A stretch of DNA of 64,000 nt from a virus (lineage: Duplodnaviria; Caudoviricetes), in the IMG/VR virus record IMGVR_UViG_3300020411_000002, one strand, 5' to 3'. The notes beneath the pieces are model-generated. The model worked only from the letters and a program-made list of their open reading frames with translations, did not search any database and had not been told where the DNA came from. Both the position numbers and the translations under genes were made by a program. Below, in pieces: positions 27,883 through 37,725 of the stretch (positions are counted from its first letter, which is position 1; each line of letters begins with the position of its first letter).

Positions 27883-30608
27883 TACAAATACCCTAATGAA
27901 ATAAGATTAAATGTACCATCGTCAACAAGTATAGGAACATTGTTCAATGATGGAACATCACGATAAGGACCGGAGCCTTGCATAGTTGGAGACTTAGCTT
28001 TACGTGCAGTAGCTTGAACTGACTTAGGCTTAGACTTCTCTTCTACTTTGGGCTGTTCAACCGTTACATTAACGTCTGGAAGTCTAGTCTGCGTATTCTC
28101 CATATTGCCAACATCTTTTTCAGGCAACACACTGCTAACCATTGGACTACTGCTTTTGATATCAGGTTCAATAGAATCTTGATACGTGTTTTCAAAACCC
28201 TCAATGATATCGTTCTGCATATCAATCTGCTTGAAAGAAGTAACAGGCTGACCGGTAGTCAAGTCATACTCTCTACCACTCGGCTCAGGAGAAAAGCCGT
28301 ATTTCTTTCTAACTACTTTCTCTGCATCAGTCAATGATATAGACCCACCAGAGTTTTTATGCATAGCGATTATTTCATCTTCTACAGCATAGTAATCGGA
28401 AATATAAATACGGTTACGTCTTTCTTCTTGCTCTTTCTTCAAAGCATCAATATTCTTAGAACGTTGGGCAAAGTGGGCATCTTCTAAAGTTCGAACAGCA
28501 GTAGAAACTTCCTCAACTGCATTACCAGAACTTTCGATAGTAGGTAAAGATTCCGTAGTTATGCTATCTACTTTTCTAGATACAACTTCACCGTTTCGTA
28601 TTTTGGCACTACCATCAACAATGTTTCCAGCATCGTCCATAAGGTCAGCTTGCTTTGCAGCATCGTTAATAGACTTTTCTATTTCAGCGAATTCTCTATC
28701 TTGGAATGAAGTGTCAGGAGAAGTAGGCTTAACATCGGAGGGTGCGTCACTTGAAAACCAATCAGAAACTAAACCTTCAACAGCTTCTTCGCCGTAAACA
28801 GCACCAAGCAATCCACCAGCAATACCACCAATAGCAGTACCAAACCCGGGTATAACACTTCCAAGAGAAGCACCAAGAGCAGCGCCAGCAGCGCCGCCAG
28901 CTAAAGAACCACCAGCACCAGCATATTGAATGTTCTTCTCTTCGTCTGTTAGCGTATCGTCAGTAGCAGTACCGTAAATGTCAGCACCAGCATACAGCAA
29001 ACTCAGACCGGGAATTCTACCAAGACCTTTTCTGACTTTGGCCCACTTGCTTTCTTTAGGAAAGTCAGCATCTACAGGTAAAGCAGGCGTATTGATTGCA
29101 GGTGGTTTATTAGTTGGAACTACACGATCTCTAACTTGTGTGAATCTATCCGTAGCAAACTGACGAGCATTTGGATTGAGCGCTAACGCACCCGCAGCAG
29201 CGGCAGTACCATAAGCAGCATAGTTAGATTCATCTGTCTCAGGCATAGCTAATTCTATATCAGGAGACTCTGATACATTCTCTAACGTTGGTTGTTCGTC
29301 TTCGTCATCAGATAAGAACGGAAGTAAAGATAAGCCAGTTAGAAGCATACCTACTTTACCACCCATAGCACCACGTAACTTACTAAAGATTCCTTTCTTA
29401 GCTGGACTGTCTGGACTTGCTGGACTAGGCTTCTGCGTTGGAGCTTCATCACCTATAGGTCTAGCGTTTTGTTTTCCTTGTAGATACTTACGCGTACCAA
29501 TTGTTCCAGCAACACCTGCTGCACCCAACGCTGCTAATCCAGTACCAGAATCCATTACGCTTTGAACTGCTTGTGCGTTTTCTTCGCCGAGTATGTTCTC
29601 TACTATACCACCAGTAGCTTCACGCAACATCTTAAAGCCCGGTACTAGGTCTAACATAGATGTGAATATTTCTCTGATAAATGTTCCTACTTCTCGAATC
29701 ATGTTACCAAACATGCCCGGCAAGCTATCAAACATTTCACCAATCTTGTCGTACATTATTGAACCGAGATTGTCCCAGTTATCAGTAATATAACTAAATC
29801 CATCTGACACCATTTGAATTAAATCGATACCAAAGAACTGTCTTAGTACATCACTAACTAACAAGAAGCCTGCACCAACTACTGTAACGATACGTAAAGC
29901 TTTACCTAGTATTCCAAGTATACCACGCGCTTTACCACCCTCACCAAATCCACCAAGAAGACCGCCAAGTCCACCCATACCAAACGGCATTTGAAAGAAT
30001 GGATTACGTTGTTTTTCTTCTTGTGGAATATCTTTAGTATCAGGATTATTTACGTTTTCGCCAGCCGCTTTCTGATCTAAATCGAAGTCCCGTTCTTTGG
30101 TATACTCCAAGCTTTCTCTTTCTGTATCTCTAACATCCGTAAGTAGCTTAGAGCTTTCCATCATTACGTCTAGTTGACGTTTAGATTGGGACTCTACGGT
30201 ATCTGTTAATCCATCAAGCTTGGTTTCAGTAACAGACGCAAGCTTCTCAACAGTTTCTTGTAACTCTGCATTATTCTCTACATAGTCAACAATCTCACGG
30301 GACTCTACCGAATCGTCGTAGTCTATAGACATTGATTTAGGTTCATCAACGAATGTACGTAGAACTTCTGCAATCTTTTCAGGAAAGCCCGATAAGTCGG
30401 TTCGTGCATTGCTGTCATGAATACTGATAGACTCAGGGCTCATAACATTAACAAAGTCTGGATAGACTGTATAACCCTCTCCCTCTGCTGAACCATTGTG
30501 TTCCAGACCTGGAGGCATGATGACAGGGCCGCGTTGTCTTTTCTTTGGTGCTGATCTACTCGCTAGTTTATCAGCAAAATCAGTAAGGAGTTCGTGTCTA
30601 TCTGCCAT
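27882..30608 (-). CDS. Tape measure protein
   Basis: 908 aa, helical, hydrophobic segments, glycine zipper AGGSLAGGAAGAALGASLGSVIPGFGTAIGG; follows two chaperone genes. Confidence 0.7.
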   Translation of the reverse strand: MADRHELLTDFADKLASRSAPKKRQRGPVIMPPGLEHNGSAEGEGYTVYPDFVNVMSPESISIHDSNARTDLSGFPEKIAEVLRTFVDEPKSMSIDYDDSVESREIVDYVENNAELQETVEKLASVTETKLDGLTDTVESQSKRQLDVMMESSKLLTDVRDTERESLEYTKERDFDLDQKAAGENVNNPDTKDIPQEEKQRNPFFQMPFGMGGLGGLLGGFGEGGKARGILGILGKALRIVTVVGAGFLLVSDVLRQFFGIDLIQMVSDGFSYITDNWDNLGSIMYDKIGEMFDSLPGMFGNMIREVGTFIREIFTSMLDLVPGFKMLREATGGIVENILGEENAQAVQSVMDSGTGLAALGAAGVAGTIGTRKYLQGKQNARPIGDEAPTQKPSPASPDSPAKKGIFSKLRGAMGGKVGMLLTGLSLLPFLSDDEDEQPTLENVSESPDIELAMPETDESNYAAYGTAAAAGALALNPNARQFATDRFTQVRDRVVPTNKPPAINTPALPVDADFPKESKWAKVRKGLGRIPGLSLLYAGADIYGTATDDTLTDEEKNIQYAGAGGSLAGGAAGAALGASLGSVIPGFGTAIGGIAGGLLGAVYGEEAVEGLVSDWFSSDAPSDVKPTSPDTSFQDREFAEIEKSINDAAKQADLMDDAGNIVDGSAKIRNGEVVSRKVDSITTESLPTIESSGNAVEEVSTAVRTLEDAHFAQRSKNIDALKKEQEERRNRIYISDYYAVEDEIIAMHKNSGGSISLTDAEKVVRKKYGFSPEPSGREYDLTTGQPVTSFKQIDMQNDIIEGFENTYQDSIEPDIKSSSPMVSSVLPEKDVGNMENTQTRLPDVNVTVEQPKVEEKSKPKSVQATARKAKSPTMQGSGPYRDVPSLNNVPILVDDGTFNLISLGYL

Positions 30609-31554
30609 TTTTATTAACCAGTGAATTGCCCAGAGCGCCTCTTTGTGCTTGACGTTTCTTTTCAGCTTCTTCTTGCTTCTGCTTATCTTTGACTAATCGA
30701 CTATGCCAATAGAACAGCTTCATGCTAGGAGTGTCTTCATCGAGTACAGCGCCGGGAAAGTTACCAAACAAATTGTACTGCAAGTCCATAACTTTGTCGC
30801 CGGGAAGACTAGGTAGAATACTAAACAAGTCCGGGTCTTTAACGATATCGTACTCATGATCGCATGTTCCACATTTAAGCTTGTAGTTTATGCGAGTACC
30901 ATAAGGCAATGCTTTGAACTTATCAATGTTGGCACACGTTTCAAATATGTCGCCGTCCATTAATTCAAAGATTTCTAATGCATCATTTAAAGGACTGTCT
31001 ATCCACATCAAGTAAGGAACAAGATGTTCTAAACTCTCGTCTTCTAATAATTCTTCGGCATCTAATAGGTCTTGAACAATAGGGAATTTGTAGCCTTTGG
31101 GAAGTTTGAAGTTTGTGGGAATGACTTCAACAGAAGAACGTACCATATAGACTATCTCGGTATTCAAACGTGAACACGTTGACCGTTCATAGCCCATACG
31201 GTGTAGTGAAGCAGAATTAAGTGTGTCGAGTTTTCCAGACTTGTCTATTCGTTTAGGGAAACCCTCTACGTGAACAACTGGATTGACACACCGCCATTCT
31301 ACGGTGATAGAATTGTCAGGAAAGCTTTTCTGCTTCAACCAGAATAACAGATATTTAAAGTCAATGACTCTTAGTGTTTTAACATCAACGCTTATGTGCG
31401 TTTGAATCAAATCAACTAGAGTATGTATACTGCGGTGTCTGACGGCATTATCCAGAACACCTAAGTCTCCAATCGTAAGAGGTCTAAGCTTGATAGACTT
31501 GAAAGGATAAACAGAATAGTCGGAAATAATGCCACCAACGTCTAACCAACTCAT
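30598..31554 (-). CDS. Baseplate hub / tail assembly chaperone (gp26/gp51-like)
   Basis: IKLRPLTIGDL, DFKYLLFWLK, W.C and CGTC; paralogue of the upstream gene. Confidence 0.6.
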   Translation of the reverse strand: MSWLDVGGIISDYSVYPFKSIKLRPLTIGDLGVLDNAVRHRSIHTLVDLIQTHISVDVKTLRVIDFKYLLFWLKQKSFPDNSITVEWRCVNPVVHVEGFPKRIDKSGKLDTLNSASLHRMGYERSTCSRLNTEIVYMVRSSVEVIPTNFKLPKGYKFPIVQDLLDAEELLEDESLEHLVPYLMWIDSPLNDALEIFELMDGDIFETCANIDKFKALPYGTRINYKLKCGTCDHEYDIVKDPDLFSILPSLPGDKVMDLQYNLFGNFPGAVLDEDTPSMKLFYWHSRLVKDKQKQEEAEKKRQAQRGALGNSLVNKNGR

Positions 31555-32315
31555 GCAGTTCTAAAGAAGCTTTTAGCGGATAACTGAATGCGCTGTCTAA
31601 CTTTAGTCTTACATTTAGTACACTCGCCTACTATTGTATCACTAGGTCCGTGGGCTAGTTGTTCATTGAGTACAGCAGCTTTGTCGAATAGAACAATGTC
31701 CTGACTTCCTTGCTCTTTCAACCATTCAAGCTTTTGCATTAACGTGTTGCCCGGCTTAATCCATTGTAGCGCTGGAAGTAACTGGGTCATTGTACCGTCT
31801 TTACTTAGTCTATCGTATTCTGCAAGTAGACTAGCATTAGGCAGTGTGAATTCTTCTTCCAAGTCTTCTAGTTTGAAGCCCTCTGGAAGCCTAGCAATAT
31901 CGAATGCTTCAAAAGGAAACACTTGATAGTTAGAAGTGTTGCAAACGTGAGGAACTAACTTACCATCACGATTGTTTGGGTCTTCTGCGGCGCTACGTGC
32001 TTGTGGAGCAGTTAAGAACTCGCCGTTTAAAGTGTAATGATAGCCGTCACAAGTCCAGTTGAGCGATATAGGACTACTGAACGAAGTACGCAACGCAAGC
32101 AGTATATAATAAAAATCCCCAATAGTAAGGTACTTTAGGGGTATATTGATTACGCTACGCACTGCTTCAATTAAATGGTTCGCGTTATCTTTACTGACTG
32201 CCATTGATAGCATACCTAGTTCAGATATCGAAAACTTTCTAATCTCTAATGTTGGATATTTAGCTGGGTCAATAAGTAACCCACGCGATGGGAGGTCTTT
32301 AAGATTAACGTTCAT
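31551..32315 (-). CDS. Baseplate hub / tail assembly chaperone (gp26/gp51-like)
   Basis: LPSRG, LEIRKFSI, LTIGDFYYILLALR, CTKC. Confidence 0.65.
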   Translation of the reverse strand: MNVNLKDLPSRGLLIDPAKYPTLEIRKFSISELGMLSMAVSKDNANHLIEAVRSVINIPLKYLTIGDFYYILLALRTSFSSPISLNWTCDGYHYTLNGEFLTAPQARSAAEDPNNRDGKLVPHVCNTSNYQVFPFEAFDIARLPEGFKLEDLEEEFTLPNASLLAEYDRLSKDGTMTQLLPALQWIKPGNTLMQKLEWLKEQGSQDIVLFDKAAVLNEQLAHGPSDTIVGECTKCKTKVRQRIQLSAKSFFRTA

Positions 32316-32321
32316 ATTTTC

Positions 32322-32849
32322 CTACAGTCGTGTTGGTATAAAAGAATCACACGCCATATTTACATTTAATCGAACCCTATCTCCACCTGTATAGTTAAGA
32401 CTAAGATTCTGTATTCCCATAGGCCAAACGTTTCTGATAAGCGCTTGGTAAATAGGTATGTTTTTGTTATTGAGTAAATAGACTTTTAGATCTTTCTTGA
32501 AGAATGTAGCTGGATAGAAACCACCTGAATAAGGGTTTTGAACTATACTTTGCCAACCAAGAAAATAATCTAGTGTTCTAGCTTTTTGGTCTTCGTAAAC
32601 TGTAATATCGAATGCTTGAATTTGGCTAGCGCCTGGAAACATGATATTGGTAGCAGCTATTGTAAACTGCTTTTCAGAAATCTGAGGAAAAGGTAAGCTA
32701 ACCTCTTCACAATACGATATAGGTAATGTTTCTTTTCCCTCTATTGTTGGAAACGAATCGATTATCCATTTGTATTCTAGAAGAGGTCCGCGATCACCCT
32801 CTGTGCCCCTCATGACTTCATCTAATGTAATCTGTCTTACACTTGCCAT
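32322..32849 (-). CDS. Tail tube paralogue / tube initiator (gp19/gp54-like)
   Basis: FDITVYED..YFLGWQ..V..P..G...NVWP..I..L motifs shared with the tube protein. Confidence 0.7.
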   Translation of the reverse strand: MASVRQITLDEVMRGTEGDRGPLLEYKWIIDSFPTIEGKETLPISYCEEVSLPFPQISEKQFTIAATNIMFPGASQIQAFDITVYEDQKARTLDYFLGWQSIVQNPYSGGFYPATFFKKDLKVYLLNNKNIPIYQALIRNVWPMGIQNLSLNYTGGDRVRLNVNMACDSFIPTRL

Positions 32850-32862
32850 AAGAGCCTCAAAG

Positions 32863-33546
32863 TTAAATGTCTACAACTACTATCAGATGCTTAACTTCGC
32901 CGTCCATTCGAACTGTACCAAGTTCTACATCAATGCCCGGTATCTGTTTTTCAATCTCACGTTCAAGCTCAGTAGCCCAAGAACCAAACTGACCTACTCG
33001 AAGACCGTGTTTACGTCTGTAAGAACGTAGCGTTGAAATTGCATCATAGAAATAATAAACTTCGCCCGGCAACATTTCACGCGCACGAATAAACTCAATC
33101 TTCTTCATACCATTGATACGAACATTTTTGAGTTTACGTGTTAGGTCCGTGTCTTCGCGTGGATGATTAAGCATTGTAACAGATACAGGAGTAGCACCGG
33201 CACCTTTGCTAGGATTAAGAGAGTTATCTTTATCCATTCCAGCAGGGGCGCCCCGTAAGCTGTCTTTAATAGACTTACCATCTACTTTACCACGATGCGA
33301 TTTAGACCGTTTAAGAATGTTCATTGCTTCACGTTCAGTAAGCTTGAACTTTGTATCGAGCGAGAATTCTTCTATCAGATAGTAATTGCCTCGTGGGGCA
33401 GGCATCAATCCATAAACATCACCACTAGCTAGTTCTAAATCATATTTTGGATTGTGGTCTAGAAACTTAGCAGGGCGTTTACCCATGAACTTATACCAAG
33501 CGCACTTTTTAACGTCAATTGGTTTAGCTGATAGACTAATAAGCAT
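32863..33546 (-). CDS. SLS-tagged putative head protein
   Basis: Likely start ATG 33546 (MLISLSAKP), not 33684; shares a W-initiated domain with 46850..47803 and 57534..59315. Confidence 0.65.
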   Translation of the reverse strand: MLISLSAKPIDVKKCAWYKFMGKRPAKFLDHNPKYDLELASGDVYGLMPAPRGNYYLIEEFSLDTKFKLTEREAMNILKRSKSHRGKVDGKSIKDSLRGAPAGMDKDNSLNPSKGAGATPVSVTMLNHPREDTDLTRKLKNVRINGMKKIEFIRAREMLPGEVYYFYDAISTLRSYRRKHGLRVGQFGSWATELEREIEKQIPGIDVELGTVRMDGEVKHLIVVVDI

Positions 33547-33547
33547 A

Positions 33548-33919
33548 TTAATTTCTTCTTGTCTTAGGCTTTGGAATCTTTTGAAGCATTGCTTTTTTGC
33601 GCTTGTAGTCCATATATAGTTTACGAACTTCAATACGTGCTTCTGACTTTTCTTGCGAAGATGCGCGGTTTCTGCCGACACCACGAATGATATCTAAGCG
33701 GCGGATAATCTGTGAACGCAGGTTACGAACTTCACGCGTCATCTTACTGTGACGATCTTGCTTCTGCATACGTTTACGACGAGGGCCTCTACGTCTTGGA
33801 GCGCGAAACACGGCACGACGACGGTCAGTAATATTAACTCCTAAGTCAGAGTAATCTACTGAATCAGACTCAACCTCATTTGCTGGAACTAAATCACCAG
33901 CTAACATTACTAGCTTCAT
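33548..33919 (-). CDS. Arg-rich protamine-like putative core protein with acidic leader
   Basis: NEVESDSVDYSD leader, then RRRAVFRAPRRRGPRRKR...; GGAG RBS. Confidence 0.6.
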   Translation of the reverse strand: MKLVMLAGDLVPANEVESDSVDYSDLGVNITDRRRAVFRAPRRRGPRRKRMQKQDRHSKMTREVRNLRSQIIRRLDIIRGVGRNRASSQEKSEARIEVRKLYMDYKRKKAMLQKIPKPKTRRN

Positions 33920-33963
33920 TTTTGTTCTCCAATAGGTGACGCCGTCCTTGGCATCAATTCAGT

Positions 33964-34479
33964 TTACGCTACTTTATTGTAGTCGTCGAATGAAAACTCT
34001 GCATCGTACTGTAATGCGTTAGAGCCGGTGCCTTCAAAAGCAAGCTCTGGTGCAGTCTTAGGCCATACGCCTTTGATGCGATACTCAGCAGCAGTTGAAC
34101 CGTCCTGCTTGAAGATACGTAGAGTAGCATTAACTGCGTACTCGTCTTTAAATCCACCAAGCTGTGTTTTGTGATCACGACAGAAGTTAACCCACTCTTC
34201 AAGAACTGTATAAACAGAAAGTTCAGAGTTCTCAACAAAGCCAACGTTCATGCTTCCAGTAACCGTGTTCTGACCTGCGTGGCGAACAGTGTGACCGAAT
34301 ACTTGAACAAGAACTTCTGCAATAGTAAGTCCCGGCTTGTTAACAGAGCGGCATTGCATACGGAAAGCTTCTGTAGCATCAGTGATTTCAGAAGGCAATG
34401 AGTCGAATACAAGTTCGTAGTTATCTGACAATAACGGATCGCCAATGCTAATCGCGTTATCTAGTGTAGGCTTTGGCAT
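33964..34479 (-). CDS. Tail tube protein (gp19-like)
   Basis: Directly after the sheath gene; CRSVNKPG, F.E..Y..LEEW, IKGVWP..PELAF, FSFD; start ATG 34479. Confidence 0.88.
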   Translation of the reverse strand: MPKPTLDNAISIGDPLLSDNYELVFDSLPSEITDATEAFRMQCRSVNKPGLTIAEVLVQVFGHTVRHAGQNTVTGSMNVGFVENSELSVYTVLEEWVNFCRDHKTQLGGFKDEYAVNATLRIFKQDGSTAAEYRIKGVWPKTAPELAFEGTGSNALQYDAEFSFDDYNKVA

Positions 34480-34492
34480 AACAAAAATCCTA

Positions 34493-36112
34493 TTAAGTGT
34501 TAGAGATAAATTCAACAGCAGCTTGTAGTTGACCTGTCTTAGGCACTACAGCATTTAAGTGAATACGCTTAGTGTATCTAGTAGGATCTAAGTACACATC
34601 GATAATCACATCCCCGTTTGCAATCGTATCGTTAGTGTTGTTACGACGATCACAAATAACTTCGTACCAGTAGACACCACGACCGCGACGAACAGGTTCA
34701 AGTAACGCTTCAAGTGTTCCACGTTGCTTATCGAATAGCAATTCATCGATAGGCTGGAATACAGCGTAGTTGTTATTGATTTTAACCGCAGCTTGAAGCA
34801 TAGCAAGCATACGAACAATACCAACATCTTGTAACGCACTCTTAACCGTGTACAGGGTATCAGCACCCCACACTAAAGTTCCTTGACCAGAAATACTACG
34901 AATAATATTAATCTGGTTTTCAACTAGTGCGTTACGATGACCTTGTTTGTAGTCTTGTGCAAGTCCAAGAATACCATTAAGATATCCATTCTGAATACCA
35001 GCAGGAGCAAACCAAGGCGCTTCGTTTTCGTCAGTACGAGCATAGACAGCAGCAACATGACCGCTTGGTGGAATCTGAACATCAACACCATTTTCAGTAT
35101 CACGAACAATTAAGTCAGGTCCGTAAAGAGCCGAAGTATAATCGTTAATATTAAGAACGTTACGGCGGTAATCAATAGCTGCCTGTGTTTCTTGAACTGC
35201 GCTAGGTAAGTCTAGGACAGCTATACAGTCTTGACGTACACCAGCAATAGTGTTCATCTTGATTTGAATTGCAGGGTCTGAGTAACCAGCGTTAATCAAA
35301 ATGTTTACGTCAATCTCTTCTGGATCAATGAACTTGTCCCATGCTTGGATGATATCACCAGTAGTAATAGCATCACCGTTAGTTCCACCTACTAACTGAC
35401 CGTTAAGCTCGTTGTTAACGTCATCACGAATACCACCACCAATAGCATTGATTAGTTGTGGCTTGTTAGTGTTAGCAAATTCTGCGTGTTGTTTGTTGAA
35501 GCGAATGCGAATACGGTTTGAACGCGCATTGACAATATCTTCAATAAACATTTGCTTTCCACCAGCATCAGTCTTACGGAAACAAGTACCGACATACTCT
35601 TCCGATGCAACCGTGTTAGTACCCTCATACACTCTGAGATAAAAACTATCGCCTGATAAATCAGCAGTGTTAGGAAAGAACTCAATCCAAAGATTGTTAT
35701 TCCATTCGCCTTCATCACGACCGTACACTAACATAATATCTTGTGCTGTTAATGTAACATCTGTGGGTTTATCGAATCCAGCAGACGGGTGACGAGTAGC
35801 AGAGTAGTTGTTATCTGTGAAAACAACTACACCACCATACTTAGCGTTACGTGCTACGCGCAAGAAGTACAAACGGTTAGCTTCTGAAAGAAAACCTTCT
35901 GCACAATAATGAGCGACACCGAAACGCGGGTCTTTCTTTCCGAATACGTTACGGAAATCTTCATTGTCAGTTACTAGTGTTGGTACACCAATAGGACCTT
36001 TCTTAGACGCACCGACCAGAGCACCAATAGAAGTAGCTTCGGCAGTAATACGTTGAGAACGGTCATTGATTTGGGTGTACACACCTGCTGACGTACTATT
36101 AGTAGCAAGCAT
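34493..36112 (-). CDS. Tail sheath protein (gp18-like)
   Basis: SAGVYTQIND, GPIGVPTLV, IPPSGHVAAVYARTD..PWFAPAG, QGTLVWG, VRML. Confidence 0.95.
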   Translation of the reverse strand: MLATNSTSAGVYTQINDRSQRITAEATSIGALVGASKKGPIGVPTLVTDNEDFRNVFGKKDPRFGVAHYCAEGFLSEANRLYFLRVARNAKYGGVVVFTDNNYSATRHPSAGFDKPTDVTLTAQDIMLVYGRDEGEWNNNLWIEFFPNTADLSGDSFYLRVYEGTNTVASEEYVGTCFRKTDAGGKQMFIEDIVNARSNRIRIRFNKQHAEFANTNKPQLINAIGGGIRDDVNNELNGQLVGGTNGDAITTGDIIQAWDKFIDPEEIDVNILINAGYSDPAIQIKMNTIAGVRQDCIAVLDLPSAVQETQAAIDYRRNVLNINDYTSALYGPDLIVRDTENGVDVQIPPSGHVAAVYARTDENEAPWFAPAGIQNGYLNGILGLAQDYKQGHRNALVENQINIIRSISGQGTLVWGADTLYTVKSALQDVGIVRMLAMLQAAVKINNNYAVFQPIDELLFDKQRGTLEALLEPVRRGRGVYWYEVICDRRNNTNDTIANGDVIIDVYLDPTRYTKRIHLNAVVPKTGQLQAAVEFISNT

Positions 36113-36158
36113 TTATTTACTCCTATTTAACTCTAAGTCAATAGTGTTAAATTACAAA

Positions 36159-36542
36159 TCAAGCGTAGGAAATCTTGATGGTTTGTTCTATGTCAGTACG
36201 AATAGTCAATCGACCGTTGTACGAACCCGGAAAGCAGAACATTCGTTTCACATTAAACGTGATAGAATTCATCAAAGAGGAATCACCGAAGTCTACTTTA
36301 AATGCGTGTGGAGCTTCAATTAAACAGAAGTGCTTTTGTTCGTACTCTGGTATTAAATGAAACTGCGTGGGAGTTACCAAGACAGACTGCGATATAAAGG
36401 CATCGCTGTGTGGAACTAATGCACTAGTACTTTGATTAGCTAGAACAGCCCGTGAATAGTGGGTTGCTTTAGTTACAGCAAAGTCAAACACAAACGTAGA
36501 ACCAACGCCCTTAGTCTTAGTCAGTCGAGAGTTAATCTTCAT
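36159..36542 (-). CDS. Hypothetical virion/neck-region protein
   Basis: Start ATG 36542 overlaps the end of the upstream gene. Confidence 0.6.
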   Translation of the reverse strand: MKINSRLTKTKGVGSTFVFDFAVTKATHYSRAVLANQSTSALVPHSDAFISQSVLVTPTQFHLIPEYEQKHFCLIEAPHAFKVDFGDSSLMNSITFNVKRMFCFPGSYNGRLTIRTDIEQTIKISYA

Positions 36543-37203
36543 CGGTATGTTGGTCGTCATCATCCAACTCCATTCTGTAGGTTATCTCACCTTCGTTGTT
36601 AAGTTTAGCAACATCTTTGTGAGTACCTATCTTACCATCTACACGAAAAGGAAGTTCTACACTAAATGTGCCTGGACTGTTTTCATCTTCAAGGACAGCT
36701 TCTGGAAAAGTAGCAGACAGACTTTCAGTATAGATTCTTGTAACGAAAGGAATCCCTTTCCCTATAGGTAAATTAACTTTTACGTTAAGAGATTCAGTAC
36801 CTACCATAATTAGATAGCGCTCAATCAACGACAAAGCATCTTGAATATTGTTAGTCGAATACTTCAACTGACAATCCAATGTAGCTTTAAAGAAGTAACC
36901 CATAGAGTAGGACGTATTAGAAGTTCCACCAGCATAAGCAGAACCGTGTCTACGCAATAACTTTACGTTACCATACTCTTTAGTCATTTCAATCGATGAA
37001 ACTTTCCAATACTGATAAGGGTACTTTGTGCCGTCGATATTTCTATCGTTACGAACAGCGCCTTTATAGTCGTCATCAGTTACTAAAGGAAATACATCAA
37101 ATTTAAAACGATTTGTGAATGCCGTCTTTACCGCCTGCATAGTTGCATACAGTGGGGCATTTGTTTGCTTAGCTGAGCCAAGTAAATCATTGTATCTAGA
37201 CAT
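36532..37203 (-). CDS. Putative tail completion / neck protein (gp15-like position)
   Basis: Lies between capsid and sheath genes; start ATG 37203 after AAGGT. Function inferred from position only. Confidence 0.45.
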   Translation of the reverse strand: MSRYNDLLGSAKQTNAPLYATMQAVKTAFTNRFKFDVFPLVTDDDYKGAVRNDRNIDGTKYPYQYWKVSSIEMTKEYGNVKLLRRHGSAYAGGTSNTSYSMGYFFKATLDCQLKYSTNNIQDALSLIERYLIMVGTESLNVKVNLPIGKGIPFVTRIYTESLSATFPEAVLEDENSPGTFSVELPFRVDGKIGTHKDVAKLNNEGEITYRMELDDDDQHTDED

Positions 37204-37218
37204 TAGCGACCTTGAAAC

Positions 37219-37269
37219 AAAAAAGCCCCATGCAAAAGCCAGAAGTTCCGACAATTGACACAGGGCTTT
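37219..37269 (-). terminator. Extended hairpin terminator
   Basis: Minus strand AAAGCCCTGTG...CATGGGGCTTT followed by TTT. Confidence 0.6.
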
Positions 37270-37272
37270 ATT

Positions 37273-37665
37273 TTATTTTCGTGTTTTGAAACTAACACGT
37301 AATGGAGACTTGATAGCCGAAGAAGCCGTAACTTCTATTTCTTCATCTTCATCAAATGATTGAGAGCGATAATCATCAAAACTTTCTACATCATCACGCA
37401 TACTTTTACGACGGTTAGCAACGTTCATAGAAGAGAGTGCCTCTTCAATAGAGTTGCTAATGGAATCAAGAGTAGTATCAGTGTTAGCCAAGCTTTCAGC
37501 AAGAACAGGTCCTGTATAACTGCCTTCCACTAATGAGTCAATAAACGCATTAGAGTCGCTCGATGCCATTGCTAACGTAAATAGCTTTGCAAAATTGGAG
37601 AAGTCTTTTTGATTGAACGCAATACAAGATAAAGCAACCAAGTCTTTCGCACTATTATCTTTCAT
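37273..37665 (-). CDS. Acidic hypothetical head-associated protein
   Basis: 130 aa immediately downstream of the capsid gene; GGAG RBS. Confidence 0.6.
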   Translation of the reverse strand: MKDNSAKDLVALSCIAFNQKDFSNFAKLFTLAMASSDSNAFIDSLVEGSYTGPVLAESLANTDTTLDSISNSIEEALSSMNVANRRKSMRDDVESFDDYRSQSFDEDEEIEVTASSAIKSPLRVSFKTRK

Positions 37666-37680
37666 GCCCTATCTCCGTAG

Positions 37681-37710
37681 AAAAGGTGGTGGAAGCGTTA
37701 ACTACCACCG
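37681..37710 (-). terminator. Terminator after the major capsid gene
   Basis: Minus strand GGTGGTAG-TTAACG-CTTCCACC then ACCTTTT. Confidence 0.6.
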
Positions 37711-37725
37711 AGTTAAACTAAAATC

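Noticed and set aside
30598-32315. Classical tail-chaperone frameshift upstream of the tape measure gene
   Set aside because: Both chaperone genes have their own coupled starts and full paralogous domains; no slippery heptamer was seen at the junction.
33920-33963. Hairpin GATGCC-AAGGAC-GGCGTC after the tube gene as a terminator
   Set aside because: No following U tract; at most a stability hairpin.
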